Below, piece by piece: positions 62,791 to 64,000 of a stretch of DNA of 64,000 nt. The notes beneath the pieces are model-generated. The model saw nothing but the letters and a program-made list of their open reading frames with translations, was not told where the DNA came from and did not search any database. Source of the stretch: a candidate division WOR-3 bacterium. GTDB taxonomy: Bacteria; Hydrothermota; Tepidihabitantia; SM23-42; JAOAFX01. The DNA lies in NCBI GenBank assembly GCA_037444665.1, contig JBBILZ010000004.1:17077-81076 (forward strand), given 5' to 3'. The position numbers and the translations under genes were made by a program. Numbering within the stretch: position 1 is the stretch's first letter; every line of letters begins with the position of its first letter.

Positions 62791-62942
62791 GTAACAGTTT
62801 AGCCATCCTGAAATTGTAGTTGTTTGATTTATCAAGCACCAAAAAGAGCCCAATGCTCTGTCCCGATGAGACGAGAGTCCCTTCGGGAAATTGGGCAACT
62901 ACATTGATTTAATATAATTTTTTAGAATAACGACACTATTAC
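62791..62942. mobile_element. MITE-like element copy 2 with a 33-bp insert
   Basis: Colinear with 18272-18390 plus insert 62856-62888. Confidence 0.75.
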
Positions 62943-63016
62943 ATTTTTAGGCTCTTGTTGAAATGTTGAATAGAAATAGTCAATATATTTTCAGATTGAC
63001 AAACTTTTCTTTTTGC

Positions 63017-63135
63017 TGTCATTCTGAGGTGAACAGAGTGAACCGAAGAATCTAAATAAAAGTATTAAAAAATGAGATTCTTCGCCCGCCAATCCGCCAA
63101 AAAGTGTGGCGGAGAGTGGCGGGCTCAGAATGACA
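63017..63135. repeat. GTCATTCTGAG-type REP doublet with nested mini-hairpins
   Basis: TGTCATTCTGAG..CGAAGAATCT / AGATTCTTCG..CTCAGAATGACA; related half-units at ~12590 and ~62451. Confidence 0.75.
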
Positions 63136-63191
63136 AAGAGAGAAAGGCTTAGAATGGCAGGTGAAGATTTTTCGAATTTGAATAATACAGG

Positions 63192-63878
63192 CTAACTCCT
63201 TTTCTCCTTTAATCTTTTCTGAACCGCATCACTTGTTAATTCTTTAATTGCATCTTGAGCAATCCATTTAGCAGTTTTAGATTCCATCTTCTGAATCTCT
63301 TTTGCAGTTTCAATTGCTTTTTTATTTAAGTTTATATTTCTCTTTCCAATCTGCCTTAATGCCCAGTTCACCGCTTTTTTAACAAAATTTCTGCTATCTA
63401 TCGCTTCTCTTTTTATGATTGGAAGAAATTTCTCAAATTGTTCATCATTTGCTTCTTTATCTTTGAATGCCAACCACGCCATTAAAGCAAACCCTGCTCT
63501 CTTCACAAACTCTTCTTCCCTCTTTGCCCATTCTATTGCCTTTTGATAAGCAAATTTAGAATAAGAAAAAAGATTCTGACACACCTGGTCACAGACTTCC
63601 CAGTTATCAAACGCCTTTGCCCATTTCTCCATTTGTTGTTCAGTCATCAATTCAGAGTCATCTATCATACCAGCAAGTATTTGAGTTTCCCTGATATTCA
63701 ATGTCCAGAGTTGTTGAGCAAGTTTATGGTCTTTTCCTATTTCCTTAGCCATCTTTCTTAAGTCCGGAATTGACACACCATATGCTCTTTTAACCGTAAT
63801 CCCATATTTAGCCATACCTTCAACCGCCCTGGGGTTAGAAAGGGATTTTAGTTTTTTTAAGATATCATTATATTCCAT
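63192..63878 (-). CDS. DNA alkylation repair protein (AlkD-like)
   Basis: GVSIP.LR, W..CD, RNFVKKAVNWALRQIGKRN. Confidence 0.9.
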   Translation of the reverse strand: MEYNDILKKLKSLSNPRAVEGMAKYGITVKRAYGVSIPDLRKMAKEIGKDHKLAQQLWTLNIRETQILAGMIDDSELMTEQQMEKWAKAFDNWEVCDQVCQNLFSYSKFAYQKAIEWAKREEEFVKRAGFALMAWLAFKDKEANDEQFEKFLPIIKREAIDSRNFVKKAVNWALRQIGKRNINLNKKAIETAKEIQKMESKTAKWIAQDAIKELTSDAVQKRLKEKRS

Positions 63879-63882
63879 CTTC

Positions 63883-63999
63883 TTATCCTATCTCTTTTAC
63901 CGGTTGTCTTAAAATTGTCTTCATCTTTTGAGGCGGTGTTTTTCTGGGATCTGACAAATATATCTCATGATGGAAACCATTTTCAGTTAGTTTGTTTTC
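63883..63999 (-). CDS. C-terminus of a GyrI-like domain protein (partial)
   Basis: Manual translation: HHEIYLSDPRK..KMKTILRQPV. Confidence 0.8.
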   Translation of the reverse strand, partial: ENKLTENGFHHEIYLSDPRKTPPQKMKTILRQPVKEIG

Positions 64000-64000
64000 T

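Noticed and set aside
62856..62890. Hammerhead ribozyme (CCGATGAG...GAAA)
   Set aside because: Core is CCGAUGA not CUGAUGA and no convincing three-stem junction forms; better explained as a hairpin insert
62400..63190. Cobalamin riboswitch upstream of the mutase cluster
   Set aside because: No B12-box or GCCACTG-type motifs recognised; region is explained by repeats

Overview
64 kb of AT-rich bacterial DNA. The gene style (T9SS-like C-terminal domain, lipoproteins) suggests an anaerobic, amino-acid-fermenting FCB-related candidate phylum such as WOR-3; this is inference. Positions 1-7.2 kb hold envelope and core genes (galE-like, DUF58/BatA, cdaR-like, argF). Positions 7.3-29.6 kb hold small accessory genes (several frameshifted), repeat remnants, transporters and an ArsR regulator. 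Positions 29.8-62.4 kb form a long minus-strand acyl-CoA metabolism cluster: archaeal-type HMG-CoA synthase/thiolase/DUF35, MCC-beta, purE/purC, Met gamma-lyase, methylmalonyl-CoA epimerase, CoA transferase, two B12 mutase large subunits (one MCM-type, one ICM-type), a B12-binding subunit, MeaB, PCC and biotin carboxylase/BCCP. Two structures stand out in this cluster. First, a family of inverted-repeat spacer elements sits just after stop codons: three copies are empty and one encloses a four-helix-bundle (IVP/Avd-like) ORF that reads through into the epimerase, and two further hairpin families fill other spacers. Second, an integrase-less integron cassette array (4 attC sites) lies between accC and the BCCP gene and carries an R-M pair, a UDG-family glycosylase, an HExxH-RelE fusion and an HNH protein. 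Nested MITE/REP/mini-hairpin insertions also occur. No rRNA, tRNA, CRISPR array, reverse transcriptase or intact integrase/transposase was seen.
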